From positions 1 to 64,000 of the IMG/VR virus record IMGVR_UViG_3300042937_000802: a stretch of DNA of 64,000 bases. One strand, written 5' to 3'. The translations under genes and the position numbers were made by a program. Below, one piece after another: positions 34,832 through 45,706 of this stretch. Positions within the stretch are counted from its first letter, which is position 1. Each line of letters starts with the position of its first letter. Below the pieces are notes generated by a model. The model was not told the origin of the DNA, searched no databases, and saw only the letters and a list, made by a program, of their open reading frames with translations. This stretch comes from a virus.

Positions 34832-35475
34832 CTTAGGAAACCAGATACCTCACTCCCACTATTTTCTTTTTCGACCTTGAACCATAATCTTGGTTCGTTT
34901 TTTACAAATTCATTAATTTGTTTCATAGTAAACAAAGGGAGATTATCGATGATCTCCTTGCACTTTTCATTTACAAATTTATTTAAGTAAAAAACTTGAC
35001 CAGAAATTATTATACTCTTGATGCATGATTTAGAATAAACTTCATCTGAAAATGAATCTTGTTTTAGTAAATCACTTAAAGAAGGAGTTGCCAAAGTAAT
35101 TGTAATGGATTCACCTACTGTTATATTCAATGATTGAATTGCATTTTTATTTTCAATATTAGATATACCAATTTGAGTTTTTTCTTGATTTACAATCACA
35201 TTAATCAATTCATCAACACTTTTAGATCTAATTTGTAAAAATAAGTATTCTGCATCAGCAAGACACAAATCTTGTATATTTTTTAAATCACAGTTGTCTT
35301 TTATGCATTCATATAACGCCAATAATGACAATTTTTTATTATCTTCATTAAGTATCAAAGATATTTTTTTAGCATCTTTTACTTTAAATGCAGTAAATAA
35401 AACTTTCTTTTTACTAAAAGGAAGTGTGGTTTCAAACTTTGGTTGCGAGTCTTTAAATAAATTTAAAATATCCAT
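34819..35475 (-). CDS. gp26: Baseplate hub subunit gp26-like
   Basis: PKFETTLPFSKKKVLFTAFKVKDAK, DAEYLFLQIRSKSVDE, C-terminal GFLSFF. Confidence 0.85.
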   Translation of the reverse strand: MDILNLFKDSQPKFETTLPFSKKKVLFTAFKVKDAKKISLILNEDNKKLSLLALYECIKDNCDLKNIQDLCLADAEYLFLQIRSKSVDELINVIVNQEKTQIGISNIENKNAIQSLNITVGESITITLATPSLSDLLKQDSFSDEVYSKSCIKSIIISGQVFYLNKFVNEKCKEIIDNLPLFTMKQINEFVKNEPRLWFKVEKENSGSEVSGFLSFFI

Positions 35476-35491
35476 AATAATTCCAAAAAAT

Positions 35492-36088
35492 TTATAGTAT
35501 AGAAGATCTAGTAATAGATCTGTAATTCAATACAACTTGATAAAGTAAGGGAGAATCTGCTTTGGCAGACAATTGAATAGGCAGTGCCTCTACTGGATAT
35601 ACTTCTTGAAATGTCCATAGAGATTGGTTACTTGTTGAAACCGACTGGTTTCCATTTAAATCCAAATATGTAAGTTGAAGATTTGCAGGTTGTACAGTTT
35701 CAGTATACCAAGGAACAAAAAAAGTATTATTATTTCTATTGTACATAGCATCAAACCAGTCATTAAAATAATTTAAAATAAATAGATCGCCAGTGACATA
35801 AAAAGTCATTACAATTCCACCAACAAATTTTGTAGAATTGGGAACAGCTCTACCATAATTGTAGCCTTGTAGTCCATCATATATGTAATTCGTCGCACGT
35901 GCACCAAAAGAAATTTCAGATGGATAGACAGTTATATATGATGATGATACTTGACCATTAGGAAGGTCATCTAATTCGGGCCTATAAATTTTTACAGCAT
36001 ATCTATTGGCTCTTTGAAGACCGCCACGGGCATTCAAATAATTTTTTAGATTGTCAATATTATTGGTGTTTATGGGTGAGGATGACAT
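35492..36088 (-). CDS. Tail tube initiator / gp54-gp19-like
   Basis: GGLQRANRYAV, YFNDWFDAM, EVYP. Confidence 0.75.
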   Translation of the reverse strand: MSSSPINTNNIDNLKNYLNARGGLQRANRYAVKIYRPELDDLPNGQVSSSYITVYPSEISFGARATNYIYDGLQGYNYGRAVPNSTKFVGGIVMTFYVTGDLFILNYFNDWFDAMYNRNNNTFFVPWYTETVQPANLQLTYLDLNGNQSVSTSNQSLWTFQEVYPVEALPIQLSAKADSPLLYQVVLNYRSITRSSIL

Positions 36089-36501
36089 TTGTTATATAAC
36101 TCTTTTTCTGTTAAAATTTTAAATTCTATATTGTGTTTTTCACAATAACTTTCTGCTGCCTTCCACTTTGCAGTATTTACTGCCCATATATATTTTTCAT
36201 TTTTGTTGGCATTTTCTTTTAAGAAGGTTTGTTTTTTGGGTTTGACTTCTACCATCCAAATTTTTTTATTATTGTTTTGCTTTATCTCTATTAAAAAATC
36301 TGGATAATAGTTTTTAATTTTATTTTCTATTGGATGCACATAAGGAATTGCAATTTCTTCAGATGACCATTTTATTATATTTGGATGGTCGTCGCAAAAT
36401 TTGCAAACAGTTCTTTCCCATAGGGATCTGCATACGATCTTTTCACAATCGCCTATGTATTTCTCTTTGTTTTTTGGAAAAAACTGTGTTCTGTACGCCA
36501 T
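36070..36501 (-). CDS. gp4: Head completion nuclease gp4
   Basis: KYIGD..KIVCRSLWER, WSSEEIAIPY, YYPDF, VEVKPKKQT, N.AKW.AA. Confidence 0.92.
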   Translation of the reverse strand: MAYRTQFFPKNKEKYIGDCEKIVCRSLWERTVCKFCDDHPNIIKWSSEEIAIPYVHPIENKIKNYYPDFLIEIKQNNNKKIWMVEVKPKKQTFLKENANKNEKYIWAVNTAKWKAAESYCEKHNIEFKILTEKELYNKCHPHP

Positions 36502-36535
36502 TTTAAATATTTATGATATTGCTAAATATTATAGT

Positions 36536-37342
36536 ATGGCATCAACATATATATACCCAATTGCAGGTAGCGCTTCTGGTGCTGAAGTTCCTTTGCAACT
36601 CAGATTTGATGTTGCAACCTATTCTTTAAAGAATTTTGAAAGAACCAGAGATTCTATCGTAACTAGATCCGATGCTACCATAATACTTCCTATGCCAAAA
36701 GAACCGGGCTATAGTATCATTCACCAGTTTGGTGAAGGTCAAAATCCTGTTGGACCCGTAATTTCTATGGCAGGTGCAGCCAATAGCGGTGGTTTGGATA
36801 ACTTTGGAACTTTGTATTCAAGAGTAATGCAGCCAGTAGCATTCTTTGCTGAAAGGCAATATGCAACTGATACTTATAGAAGGTTTAGTAATATTACCGA
36901 ACTTACCATGGTTTCAGAGGCTAGAAAAAGTTATTACTTTGAATATTTGTTTGTTCCAAAATCACCAGATGAGTCAAATGTTGTTACTGATATAGTTGGA
37001 ACGTTTAGAAAAGGATCTTATCCAGTAGTTGCTACAGGCTTACCCGAAAGATCTTATCCACAAAGACTATGGAATATTTCCGTAATGAATGGTGGAGATA
37101 TAAATCCAAATAGAACTGCGGATTGGTTTGGTGAACCTCTTCCATGTGTTTTGAGTGGTATTGTCGTAAAACATGCAGACTACGGTGATCCAGTATTGCG
37201 GTATCTTAAAGACTATCGTTCATCTGCTGTTATGCTTGGTCTTAATTTTGTTGAATTTGAAACTGGTACATATGTTCCAGATGCAAATGCTACTTGGTCT
37301 AAATCTGAAATTTCAGATTATTATTTTGGATACTCTGGATAA
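36536..37342 (+). CDS. gp48: Baseplate tail-tube cap gp48-like
   Basis: IILPMP, RKSYYFEYLFVPKSPDES..V..IV.TFR, PCVL, LNFVEFE. Confidence 0.7.
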   Translation: MASTYIYPIAGSASGAEVPLQLRFDVATYSLKNFERTRDSIVTRSDATIILPMPKEPGYSIIHQFGEGQNPVGPVISMAGAANSGGLDNFGTLYSRVMQPVAFFAERQYATDTYRRFSNITELTMVSEARKSYYFEYLFVPKSPDESNVVTDIVGTFRKGSYPVVATGLPERSYPQRLWNISVMNGGDINPNRTADWFGEPLPCVLSGIVVKHADYGDPVLRYLKDYRSSAVMLGLNFVEFETGTYVPDANATWSKSEISDYYFGYSG

Positions 37343-38160
37343 TGAAATACTTTGATAAACTTCCAAAACGAACTTTTGAAACTACACTTGGATCTTTTTC
37401 TATTAGTGATTATTTTAGTTACTATAAGTTTAGCTTTGATTTAGTTAGCAAAAGACAATTTGAATTTGATAGCAAAACCACATTGGTAGAGGCTGCTTCA
37501 ACTCTATATGAAGATCCCAATTCTTTTTGGTTGATTCTTCTAGCGAATCAAACAATAAATCCATTTTTCTTGTTTATTGATAACTATACTGATTTTATTC
37601 AAAATAACAAATACAAAGAAACAGCAAAAATTGCAAACTCGACAGGAAATAGTGGTTATTATATGAGTGCTGGTAGTTTAGTATTACCATATTCGGCAAC
37701 TGGAGGCAATCCATTTGATTTTAATTATGTTGGTAATTTTTCTTTAGATGGAGATATCTACATTGTAGAAGATCAAGATTCATATACAAAAAGAGTAACA
37801 ATGAAACCAACACCAAGCAATGGGGTTCCTTTTGCAAGTGGAGGTATTGAGGCACAATATGTTGATTTTAAAGCACCATCAACATTTATAAATTCTACAG
37901 AAACACCAATTAACACACTTGAAAAGTACTCTTATATAGATACAGTAGAATTAATTGAAGATTATGGACCTGTTGGATCACTGTTATTTAAAAACATGTT
38001 GTTAGGAGATGTTCCAAATGTTTATATTCCTCCAAGCTCTAAAACCGCAGAACAGACAACTCAACAAGTAGCGCAGTATGCAAATAGAAAGGTGAATATA
38101 TTTAATCCAAGTGAATTGTCCAAAGTGACTAGTCGTTTAATTACGATTAAATATACATGA
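37342..38160 (+). CDS. gp53: Baseplate wedge gp53-like
   Basis: MKYFDKLP, LYEDPNSFWLILLANQTINPF. Confidence 0.8.
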   Translation: MKYFDKLPKRTFETTLGSFSISDYFSYYKFSFDLVSKRQFEFDSKTTLVEAASTLYEDPNSFWLILLANQTINPFFLFIDNYTDFIQNNKYKETAKIANSTGNSGYYMSAGSLVLPYSATGGNPFDFNYVGNFSLDGDIYIVEDQDSYTKRVTMKPTPSNGVPFASGGIEAQYVDFKAPSTFINSTETPINTLEKYSYIDTVELIEDYGPVGSLLFKNMLLGDVPNVYIPPSSKTAEQTTQQVAQYANRKVNIFNPSELSKVTSRLITIKYT

Positions 38161-38161
38161 T

Positions 38162-40123
38162 ATGCCTCCAAATTTACAATCAAATCCATTTGACTCACCA
38201 TTAAGTGCAATCGTACTTAAAAGTTCTACAGATTCACGATATGCATTTAATATTTTAAACAGAAATAGTCAGTGCCAGTTTCAACGTTTGGAATTAGAAG
38301 AAAGTGCATTTGAAATATTTCCTGTTGGCGCTATAGTTGTGCGCGATACACAAGATATAACCACGTTTATTCAAAACAATAAAATTGATTATGCCTTAAT
38401 GTACATGACTGATGGTAAGATGATAAGACTTTCTATTACTAGCACAACCTATGTAAATAATGCAGCTTCAGAAACTGAAGAAAACTTTGTATCTATAAAT
38501 GTTACAAATAGTTTTTATAAATTATCTCAAAAAACTTCAGCATCGGATTTATTAACATCCAATGGAAAACTTGAAGATAGAGTTGATTCTTTAAATAATA
38601 TTTTAGATTATTTTGATCAAAATGTTTTTGCTAAATTACAATATCTAAGTGAATCAGGTGAATCATATAAAGGTGAAAGTACTACGGTAAATCCTAGTAA
38701 CTTTTTTTGTTTAAAAATGTTAAGTCCGGGAAATAATAATAATTTAACATATGCCTCCACAGATAGTGCTTTTCAATATTTAAATTATATTTCTAGTTTG
38801 GCTGTTGGGCCAGAAACATCAAACGGAACACGAGAACCCAGATATCTATTTTGGTCGGAGTTTGGTGACTATATCAATTTTAAATATTTCTATGAAAAGA
38901 AAGATGAGGACACTCAAACATTTAACAAATATAAGAATTACAATTATAGATACAGTGTTTATGATTCAGACGTTCCATCACAAACATCGACCAATGGTAA
39001 TGTCTATAAAAAAATCTATAATTTAAGAACAGATCCGACAAATCAATGGGTATCTAAAAACTACTTCTATGTTAGAAAAACACCAAAATTTTTAGATAGT
39101 GTGCCATCATATCTTACTACCAACCAACAAAAACAAGATTATACAACAAAAGCTCTTACATATCATTTTCAAGATGATGGAGAAAAATATAATATTGAAG
39201 TAATAGCATCTAGTGGTGCTATAAATGGTGTTACTTCTGGTGCAGAGGAAATGATATGTGAGAAGAACTGGGGCTGGATCTCAGATGATAACACAACAAA
39301 TGATAATGCTCCACCCACATATGGATCTGGAGAATTTGGTTTTGCAAAATCTTATTCTCAAATAAATTATATGGGAAATAGTGGTTATTTTTCACATTCA
39401 GATAATATCGATATGTGGAAAAATCTATTTGATGCTACTGAAATTCATCCAAATTATCCAAACCCAGCTAATGCGTCAACAGCAGTAAATGATTTTTTAT
39501 ATAATGTAATTCAAACAAACTTGACAAATTTGTATAAAGGAAATACTTACGTTCCTGAAAATTTGGAAATAAGACGACAAATAGAAAGAGAAAACTTTGT
39601 ATTGTATTCTTTATGCTGTATGGGTGATGGTGAAGAATCATTCTTTGCTAGTTTGATTCGATATGCACCAGATCCATTTACTTCCATACCATTGATTGGA
39701 GGGGACGGTCTTAAGTGGCGGTATAAGTGGGAAGGATTAAAATTTACAAATGGTGCTGGTAGTACTTATTGGACAGCAATGGAATTGTGGGAATCTGATT
39801 CAACAAATATGGCAACTGGCACAGGTCCAAATGATTCGTGGGCAATAAATTTAAATGAACGAACTGCAGGTTTAGGAAGTCCAGCATACTATCCACCTGG
39901 ATGGGTCAGTACTGGTCTTGGTTCGGGATTTAAATATCGACCTATTGGATGTTATACTACAATTCCAAATACGGCTGGCGATACGATTGCACATATTGTA
40001 AAGATGTATAAAACTACCGCAGAAAGACTTGCTGTTGAAGGGGGTATAGCCGTACCACCCGAATTAAAAGGAAAAATGTTGTATTATTTTAGTGCTGAAA
40101 ACGTAGTAGATGGGAGCTGCTAA
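38162..40123 (+). CDS. Baseplate hub-like protein (gp27-type N-terminal part)
   Basis: LELEESAFEIFPVGAIVVRD, YLFWSE..YINF; position after gp53. Confidence 0.55.
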   Translation: MPPNLQSNPFDSPLSAIVLKSSTDSRYAFNILNRNSQCQFQRLELEESAFEIFPVGAIVVRDTQDITTFIQNNKIDYALMYMTDGKMIRLSITSTTYVNNAASETEENFVSINVTNSFYKLSQKTSASDLLTSNGKLEDRVDSLNNILDYFDQNVFAKLQYLSESGESYKGESTTVNPSNFFCLKMLSPGNNNNLTYASTDSAFQYLNYISSLAVGPETSNGTREPRYLFWSEFGDYINFKYFYEKKDEDTQTFNKYKNYNYRYSVYDSDVPSQTSTNGNVYKKIYNLRTDPTNQWVSKNYFYVRKTPKFLDSVPSYLTTNQQKQDYTTKALTYHFQDDGEKYNIEVIASSGAINGVTSGAEEMICEKNWGWISDDNTTNDNAPPTYGSGEFGFAKSYSQINYMGNSGYFSHSDNIDMWKNLFDATEIHPNYPNPANASTAVNDFLYNVIQTNLTNLYKGNTYVPENLEIRRQIERENFVLYSLCCMGDGEESFFASLIRYAPDPFTSIPLIGGDGLKWRYKWEGLKFTNGAGSTYWTAMELWESDSTNMATGTGPNDSWAINLNERTAGLGSPAYYPPGWVSTGLGSGFKYRPIGCYTTIPNTAGDTIAHIVKMYKTTAERLAVEGGIAVPPELKGKMLYYFSAENVVDGSC

Positions 40124-40980
40124 TGCCAAAACGTGGAAAAACTGTAACTCTTGGAACAAATGTTTTAAATGTACCAATTGGAAATTTTGGTTCTAGGAGC
40201 GAATATGTATGTGCAAATGCTCAAATAGTGCAAGGTGTTACATCAACTCCAAACTCATTGGAAGAATGTTTTTCTAAATTCCCTGGTATATTAGCTATTG
40301 CTACTGCTGTAGGTATTACTAGTTCTACTTCATTGTGGTCATTTCCTGGTGTCACTTATGGTACAGAAGGTCTTACATATCCATTAGATATATACCTTGG
40401 CACCGCTTCAAATGAATGCAAAGAAATAAGTAATAATACTAGATTAGGAAAAGACTTTTTTGGTTGTCTTTGGGGAGTACCTGAAGCTCCATATAACTGT
40501 AGTTGCCCTGATCTTGGACCTAAGTTTGAAGCATATTTAAAACTTAGATTAAATGTTGCTACTTTTTGGAATACTCCAAAAGCTACTCCCGTTAAAAGAA
40601 AAGAGTTTTTGGATGCTTTAAAGTATGCCAGAAAACTAACAATTAATATTGCTGGTGACTATTCAATAAAAGTTGGTAACTTTGTAGAAATTTTAGCAAA
40701 CAATATAAGTGGTTATCCATATTTTTCAGGTGGATCAGTAATAAATGGTATTTATTGGGTGCTTGGTGTAAAACATGTTTTTACTAATTCCGGTACACAT
40801 GAAACCATTTTAACTCTATCTGATATATTACCATCAACTTCTGCACCAATAAATTCTAGTGGTGGGAATAATCAAAATACAGTACCCCCTTGGAATATCG
40901 ATTTAGATATTCCAAATAATCCTGGTAACTTCAATGATCCATTCTTTCCAACAAATATTGGTGACCAGATCTGGTCATAA
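40123..40980 (+). CDS. Baseplate hub-like protein (gp27-type C-terminal part)
   Basis: LTINIAGDYSIKVGNFVEI...GIYWVLGVKHVFT...HETILTL. Confidence 0.6.
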   Translation: MPKRGKTVTLGTNVLNVPIGNFGSRSEYVCANAQIVQGVTSTPNSLEECFSKFPGILAIATAVGITSSTSLWSFPGVTYGTEGLTYPLDIYLGTASNECKEISNNTRLGKDFFGCLWGVPEAPYNCSCPDLGPKFEAYLKLRLNVATFWNTPKATPVKRKEFLDALKYARKLTINIAGDYSIKVGNFVEILANNISGYPYFSGGSVINGIYWVLGVKHVFTNSGTHETILTLSDILPSTSAPINSSGGNNQNTVPPWNIDLDIPNNPGNFNDPFFPTNIGDQIWS

Positions 40981-40997
40981 TGTATAAATAAATTAGA

Positions 40998-41381
40998 ATG
41001 AAAACCAAAGATTTTTCAATATTATTAGAAAAAGTATCAACTGCAAATTCCAAAAAAGATTTGGCATTTGTGAGTGGTACAAATTCTATAGTTCAACAAA
41101 TTGAAAATGTACTGAGAACAAATAAAGGTGAAAATGTTTCAAACATGAGTTTTGGAGCAAATATCAGAGATTATACCTATGACGTTGCCGTCAATAGACA
41201 AATTATTACAAGTACTTTGAGGTCAGTAATCAAATCCTCAATAAGAAAAATATTTGATGTATCTGTTACTGTAAATTATTATTCGGATACAGCAATAATC
41301 TTTGATATTCAATTTTCTACAGAAATATCTTTAACTAGTCAAAATAAATCATCCTGCCAGATAGAGATACCATTATCATGA
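40998..41381 (+). CDS. gp25: Baseplate wedge gp25
   Basis: SIVQQIENVLRTNKGE...FGANI. Confidence 0.8.
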   Translation: MKTKDFSILLEKVSTANSKKDLAFVSGTNSIVQQIENVLRTNKGENVSNMSFGANIRDYTYDVAVNRQIITSTLRSVIKSSIRKIFDVSVTVNYYSDTAIIFDIQFSTEISLTSQNKSSCQIEIPLS

Positions 41382-42451
41382 CATACAATTTAAAAACTTT
41401 AAATGTAGCCTCTTTGGATTTTGAAGATATTAAAAATTCATTGATTTCTTTTTTAGAAATACAACCCGGTTTGACCGACATTGATTTTAGAAACCAAGCT
41501 AGCACTGCTAATCTTTTAATTAATATTCTATCAACTGCCACAGCATATAATGGTGTATATTCACAATTTGGATTTACCGAATCATTTTTATCAACAGCAA
41601 CGTTATTAGAATCTGTAATATCAATTGCTTCAAATCATTCAATTGTTGTTCCGCTTGTAAAATCTGCAACCGTAAAGGTTTCTACTCGTGCATATGTTCA
41701 AGATTATCAATCTTATGCAGCTACGGCGACAGATGGAAGTAATGTAAATTTCTTTGTTATAAATGGAACACCTGGGGGTTTAACAAGTGCACAGGAAATG
41801 TATCTATATGCTGGCTCAAATGTGCAAACATTTAGCAATTATGACTTTACAAGCCAGTCAATACTTTTACCATATAACATTGACCCCGATACTATTTCTT
41901 TTTACGTTATTCCAGATTCTTTAAATAAAGCTGAAAAAGTAAAATGGACACGAGTCAGTAAAGGTAATATGACTACCAATACAGACAACAATTATTTTAC
42001 TGTTACAAATTCTGCTAATGGTTATCTAGTTACTAATAATTTTGCAAATGCAAATACCGTTCCTACTTCTAAGTCCGTTATAGTTCGTGCAGTTACTGCA
42101 AATGGAACAAGTGGAAATAACGCTGTATTAGCTGACCCAAATAATGATTTTGATCTTATTGGCACTCCCGGTGGTGGTTATAATACGATATCGCTCGATA
42201 CTGCCAAAGCAAAACTACTTTTTGAATTAAACTATGACCGATGTGTAACTCTCAAAGATTTTACTAATGCTATAGTTGGTTCTGGTATCTCTGGAACATC
42301 TGATCCAGATATGGTATATGTAAGAAATGGTGATATTCCGGGATCTGTTAATGTTTATGTAACTGATCTTTCTACTGGAAGTCAAGCGGCTCTAATGGAA
42401 TACCTAGAAGCCAAAGTCATAGCTGGAATACAGGTGGTATACGGACTATGA
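41378..42451 (+). CDS. gp6: Baseplate wedge gp6 (short)
   Basis: LDFEDIKNSL, ESFLSTA, RCVTLKDF. Confidence 0.85.
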   Translation: MTYNLKTLNVASLDFEDIKNSLISFLEIQPGLTDIDFRNQASTANLLINILSTATAYNGVYSQFGFTESFLSTATLLESVISIASNHSIVVPLVKSATVKVSTRAYVQDYQSYAATATDGSNVNFFVINGTPGGLTSAQEMYLYAGSNVQTFSNYDFTSQSILLPYNIDPDTISFYVIPDSLNKAEKVKWTRVSKGNMTTNTDNNYFTVTNSANGYLVTNNFANANTVPTSKSVIVRAVTANGTSGNNAVLADPNNDFDLIGTPGGGYNTISLDTAKAKLLFELNYDRCVTLKDFTNAIVGSGISGTSDPDMVYVRNGDIPGSVNVYVTDLSTGSQAALMEYLEAKVIAGIQVVYGL

Positions 42452-43071
42452 TTCCTCTGTTCTTTAACAGATTACCCGTAAGTATTGCTCAAAAAGTTGA
42501 ATTGCTTTTTGAAAAAGCATTAAAGCAATATGGTTCAGAATTATATAATGTTGGAAAAGACAAATTTATTGGTGATAATCTAACAGTTGAATCATTGTTT
42601 CCAGAGTGGATAATTCAGGAATATCAAAGCAATACTTCTAATGTGACAATTGTTCCTATTGTCAAACAATATCTTCGTTGGCTGTACAGCATGAAATATG
42701 GCTATGGTGCATATATTCCGTGGGAAGTATTGAGAAGTCCAGTATTCATGCCACCTGAATTGTTACAGGGGTTGGCTGAATTATATTTCCCCGGAGAAGA
42801 TTTCTCATCTGATGAATTATCAGATATTCTTCCAAACATTCCAAAATTTTCAATACAAGTGGATTATCAATACTTCGGAAAAAAGGGAACTCCTGGTGGC
42901 ATTCGTTATGTGTTAACAACTCTAATGGGTTATAGTTATTCAACTACTAAAGTTATAAGTTTTAGTAATTCTGTTATAAAAATTATTGCAAATGTTTCAG
43001 ATAACCATAAAGCTTTCTTAGAAAGAAGTGTTATACCAGCCGGAATGGTGATTATATATGAGGCTCCATAA
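42448..43071 (+). CDS. Baseplate wedge gp7-like (short)
   Basis: ESLFPEWI...QYLRWL, FGKKGTPGGIRYVL. Confidence 0.6.
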   Translation: MIPLFFNRLPVSIAQKVELLFEKALKQYGSELYNVGKDKFIGDNLTVESLFPEWIIQEYQSNTSNVTIVPIVKQYLRWLYSMKYGYGAYIPWEVLRSPVFMPPELLQGLAELYFPGEDFSSDELSDILPNIPKFSIQVDYQYFGKKGTPGGIRYVLTTLMGYSYSTTKVISFSNSVIKIIANVSDNHKAFLERSVIPAGMVIIYEAP

Positions 43072-43517
43072 TGTTATCAAAAATTGTTCTGTTTGCACTA
43101 TCTGTTGCATCGCGTGGATTAAAAAATCATAAAACTGATTTACCAACTAAACAACTCAGGTATATATCTTGTTACGGTAATGGTATTATACCTCCTTGTA
43201 AATTTTTAAATAAAAGCAAAGACTCAGAACATTATTATTGTGGAAAATGTGGCTGCGGAGATCATAAACATACTTGGTTGGTACGAGAAGCTGGTGAGTA
43301 TTCTAAATTAGATTATCCAGTAATAAGTTGTCCATTAAAGATGCCGGGATTCAGTAATTATGATCCAAATTTTTATGATAAAGAAGATGGCCAACGAAAA
43401 CGTGATATTGAAAATTTAAATCCTGCATCTGTGGAGTTGGTACAAATAACAGTAAATCACAGTGAAGAAAATGAACGACTATTTGAAAAACTGAATAACA
43501 TTATGAAAAATTCATAA
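43071..43517 (+). CDS. Cys-rich hypothetical protein
   Basis: RYISC...PC...YCGKCGCG...CPLK. Confidence 0.7.
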   Translation: MLSKIVLFALSVASRGLKNHKTDLPTKQLRYISCYGNGIIPPCKFLNKSKDSEHYYCGKCGCGDHKHTWLVREAGEYSKLDYPVISCPLKMPGFSNYDPNFYDKEDGQRKRDIENLNPASVELVQITVNHSEENERLFEKLNNIMKNS

Positions 43518-43525
43518 ATATTTTC

Positions 43526-44353
43526 ATGGCCATTACAACCCGTCAAAACTTTATAGATTATTGCTTTAGATCTCTGGGTGCACCTGTAGTGCAAGTAAAT
43601 ATTGATTCCAAACAAGCAGAAGATAGACTTGATGAAGCTCTTGAATATATGTATGAAAGGCATTTTGATTTTAATCAACGTGCTTTATTTTTATATCAAA
43701 TAACGGAAGCAGATAGAGTTAATAGATATTTTGATACAACTCAATTTGGGCCAGCTCTTGGTGCACAAATTAAAACAGATGAAAATGGAAATACTGGTTA
43801 CTGGCCTTTAGCAACAGATATTCGTACTATTACAAAGGTATATTCTCCAAGTGATATTGTTGGTGATTATATGTTTGATTTGCGGTATCAAATGACATTG
43901 TTTGATTTTTTTGGATTGTACTTCAACCAGTCAGGCGCCCCTCAGGGACCAATGGCGGCATACATGGAAGGTATGAGTTATATTAAATTGGTTAATGATG
44001 TATTTAACTACCCAACATCCTTTACATATACGAGAACAACTGACAGACTATTTTTAGATACAGAGCATAGCAAACTTCCTGCCGGAGCATTTTTAATGGT
44101 AGAAGCATATGTTCAAATTGACACAAGCCAATATAATAAAGTTTGGAATGATAGAGTTTTCAAAAGATATTATACTGCATTATTGAAAAAACAATGGGCT
44201 CAAAATCTATTAAAATTTACTGGTGTTCCTTTACCCGGTGGTGCTCAATTAAATGCCCCAGCACTGATGACTGAAGCATTAACTGAATTAAATACCATAG
44301 AACAACAACTAGTAAAAACACAAGAATTGCCACCTGATCCACTTATAGGTTAA
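43526..44353 (+). CDS. gp13: Neck protein gp13
   Basis: YCFRSLGAPVVQVNI, QWAQNLLKF.GV.LPGG. Confidence 0.93.
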   Translation: MAITTRQNFIDYCFRSLGAPVVQVNIDSKQAEDRLDEALEYMYERHFDFNQRALFLYQITEADRVNRYFDTTQFGPALGAQIKTDENGNTGYWPLATDIRTITKVYSPSDIVGDYMFDLRYQMTLFDFFGLYFNQSGAPQGPMAAYMEGMSYIKLVNDVFNYPTSFTYTRTTDRLFLDTEHSKLPAGAFLMVEAYVQIDTSQYNKVWNDRVFKRYYTALLKKQWAQNLLKFTGVPLPGGAQLNAPALMTEALTELNTIEQQLVKTQELPPDPLIG

Positions 44354-44354
44354 A

Positions 44355-45020
44355 ATGACCACAAATCCTTATATAATAAACTATAGTAATAAAGGTGAGC
44401 AAGATCTTGCTGAGGGTATTACTATAGAAATAATACAGGCAATGGGACAGGATTGTATATATGTTCCAAGAGAATATTTTTCAATAGATAAAGTTTTTGG
44501 TGAGGATCCTGGATCATCATTTACGAAATCTTATACACTAGAAATGTATTTGATGAATTATAAAGGATTTGATGGAACTGATATAATAACTCAATTTGGT
44601 CTTGAGATTAAAGATAAAGTTACTTTATTATTTGCAAGAAAAAGATTTTTTCAAGAAGTAACTAATAGACAAAATTCAATTACTAGACCCAGAGAGGGAG
44701 ATTTAATTTATTTTCCTCTTTCAAAATCTTTATTTGAAATAAACTTTGTAGAGCATGAAAATCCATTATATCCATTTGGCAAACTTTATTCTTATATGAT
44801 AACAGCAGAATTGTTTACCTATAGTTATGAAAAGGTTAAAACAAATAATGCTACAATTGATTCTATAGTTTCACAGACTCGTGGTTTCTCTGGATCACAA
44901 ATCATACCACTCAATATAAATATTGGCACAACTGCTGGTATAAATGATACTCTACAGACAGAAGCCAAAGGATATACGTTTGATCCTCAGAATCCCTTTG
45001 CAGCAGAAGAAAGTCCTTAA
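44355..45020 (+). CDS. gp14: Neck protein gp14
   Basis: EQDL, GQDCIYVPR, RPREGDLIYFP, FEINFVEHE. Confidence 0.93.
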   Translation: MTTNPYIINYSNKGEQDLAEGITIEIIQAMGQDCIYVPREYFSIDKVFGEDPGSSFTKSYTLEMYLMNYKGFDGTDIITQFGLEIKDKVTLLFARKRFFQEVTNRQNSITRPREGDLIYFPLSKSLFEINFVEHENPLYPFGKLYSYMITAELFTYSYEKVKTNNATIDSIVSQTRGFSGSQIIPLNINIGTTAGINDTLQTEAKGYTFDPQNPFAAEESP

Positions 45021-45028
45021 GGTAATAA

Positions 45029-45706
45029 ATGTTTGGATATTTTTACAACCAAAGTCTTAGAAAATTAGTGATAGGATTTGGTACCCTATTCAATAATATA
45101 TCTGTTGACCATGTTAATCCTGATGGTGGTAGCGATCTTAACATTCGTGTACCCATTACTTATGCTTCTCAAGAAAAATTTATAATAAGGTTTTTAGAAC
45201 CATCATCAATTAATGATGGTTTAAGAATTGAAAACCAGCTTCCGCGTATGAGTTATGTTATGACAAGCATACAAGCGGATCCAAGCCGAAGACGCAATGT
45301 AAATACACCTTCACTTTCACGGTCAACAGCAAATTGTGCCGAAAATCCACTGGTTATAACCGAAGAAATTCCAGTCAATATAGGATTTACTTTGTTTATT
45401 TATTCAAGACATATTGATGATACATTGCAAATTGTTGAACAAATAATGCCGTATTTTAATCCACAGCACGTGATAACAATGGATTTAAATCCTGCAAAAC
45501 CGGGTATCAATATACCCATAACGCTGGTTTCCAATAGCATCAGTGAAAGGTATGATGGCGATCTTTCTACTCGTCGTATTAATATTTCTTCATTTACTTT
45601 TGTAGCAAAAAGTTATATATTTGGAAAGGTGCAAAATGGAACTGTTATCAATTCAGTTTCTGTTTCCGGCCTAACAGCTGGAATTGCATTTGGATTTGAC
45701 TCATGA
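45029..45706 (+). CDS. gp15: Tail sheath stabilizer gp15
   Basis: FYNQSLRKLVIGFGTLFNNI, LPRMS, QIVEQIMPYFNP. Confidence 0.93.
   Translation: MFGYFYNQSLRKLVIGFGTLFNNISVDHVNPDGGSDLNIRVPITYASQEKFIIRFLEPSSINDGLRIENQLPRMSYVMTSIQADPSRRRNVNTPSLSRSTANCAENPLVITEEIPVNIGFTLFIYSRHIDDTLQIVEQIMPYFNPQHVITMDLNPAKPGINIPITLVSNSISERYDGDLSTRRINISSFTFVAKSYIFGKVQNGTVINSVSVSGLTAGIAFGFDS

Noticed and set aside
36070-36501. TnsA-like transposase
   Set aside because: Motifs and synteny fit T4 gp4 head completion protein
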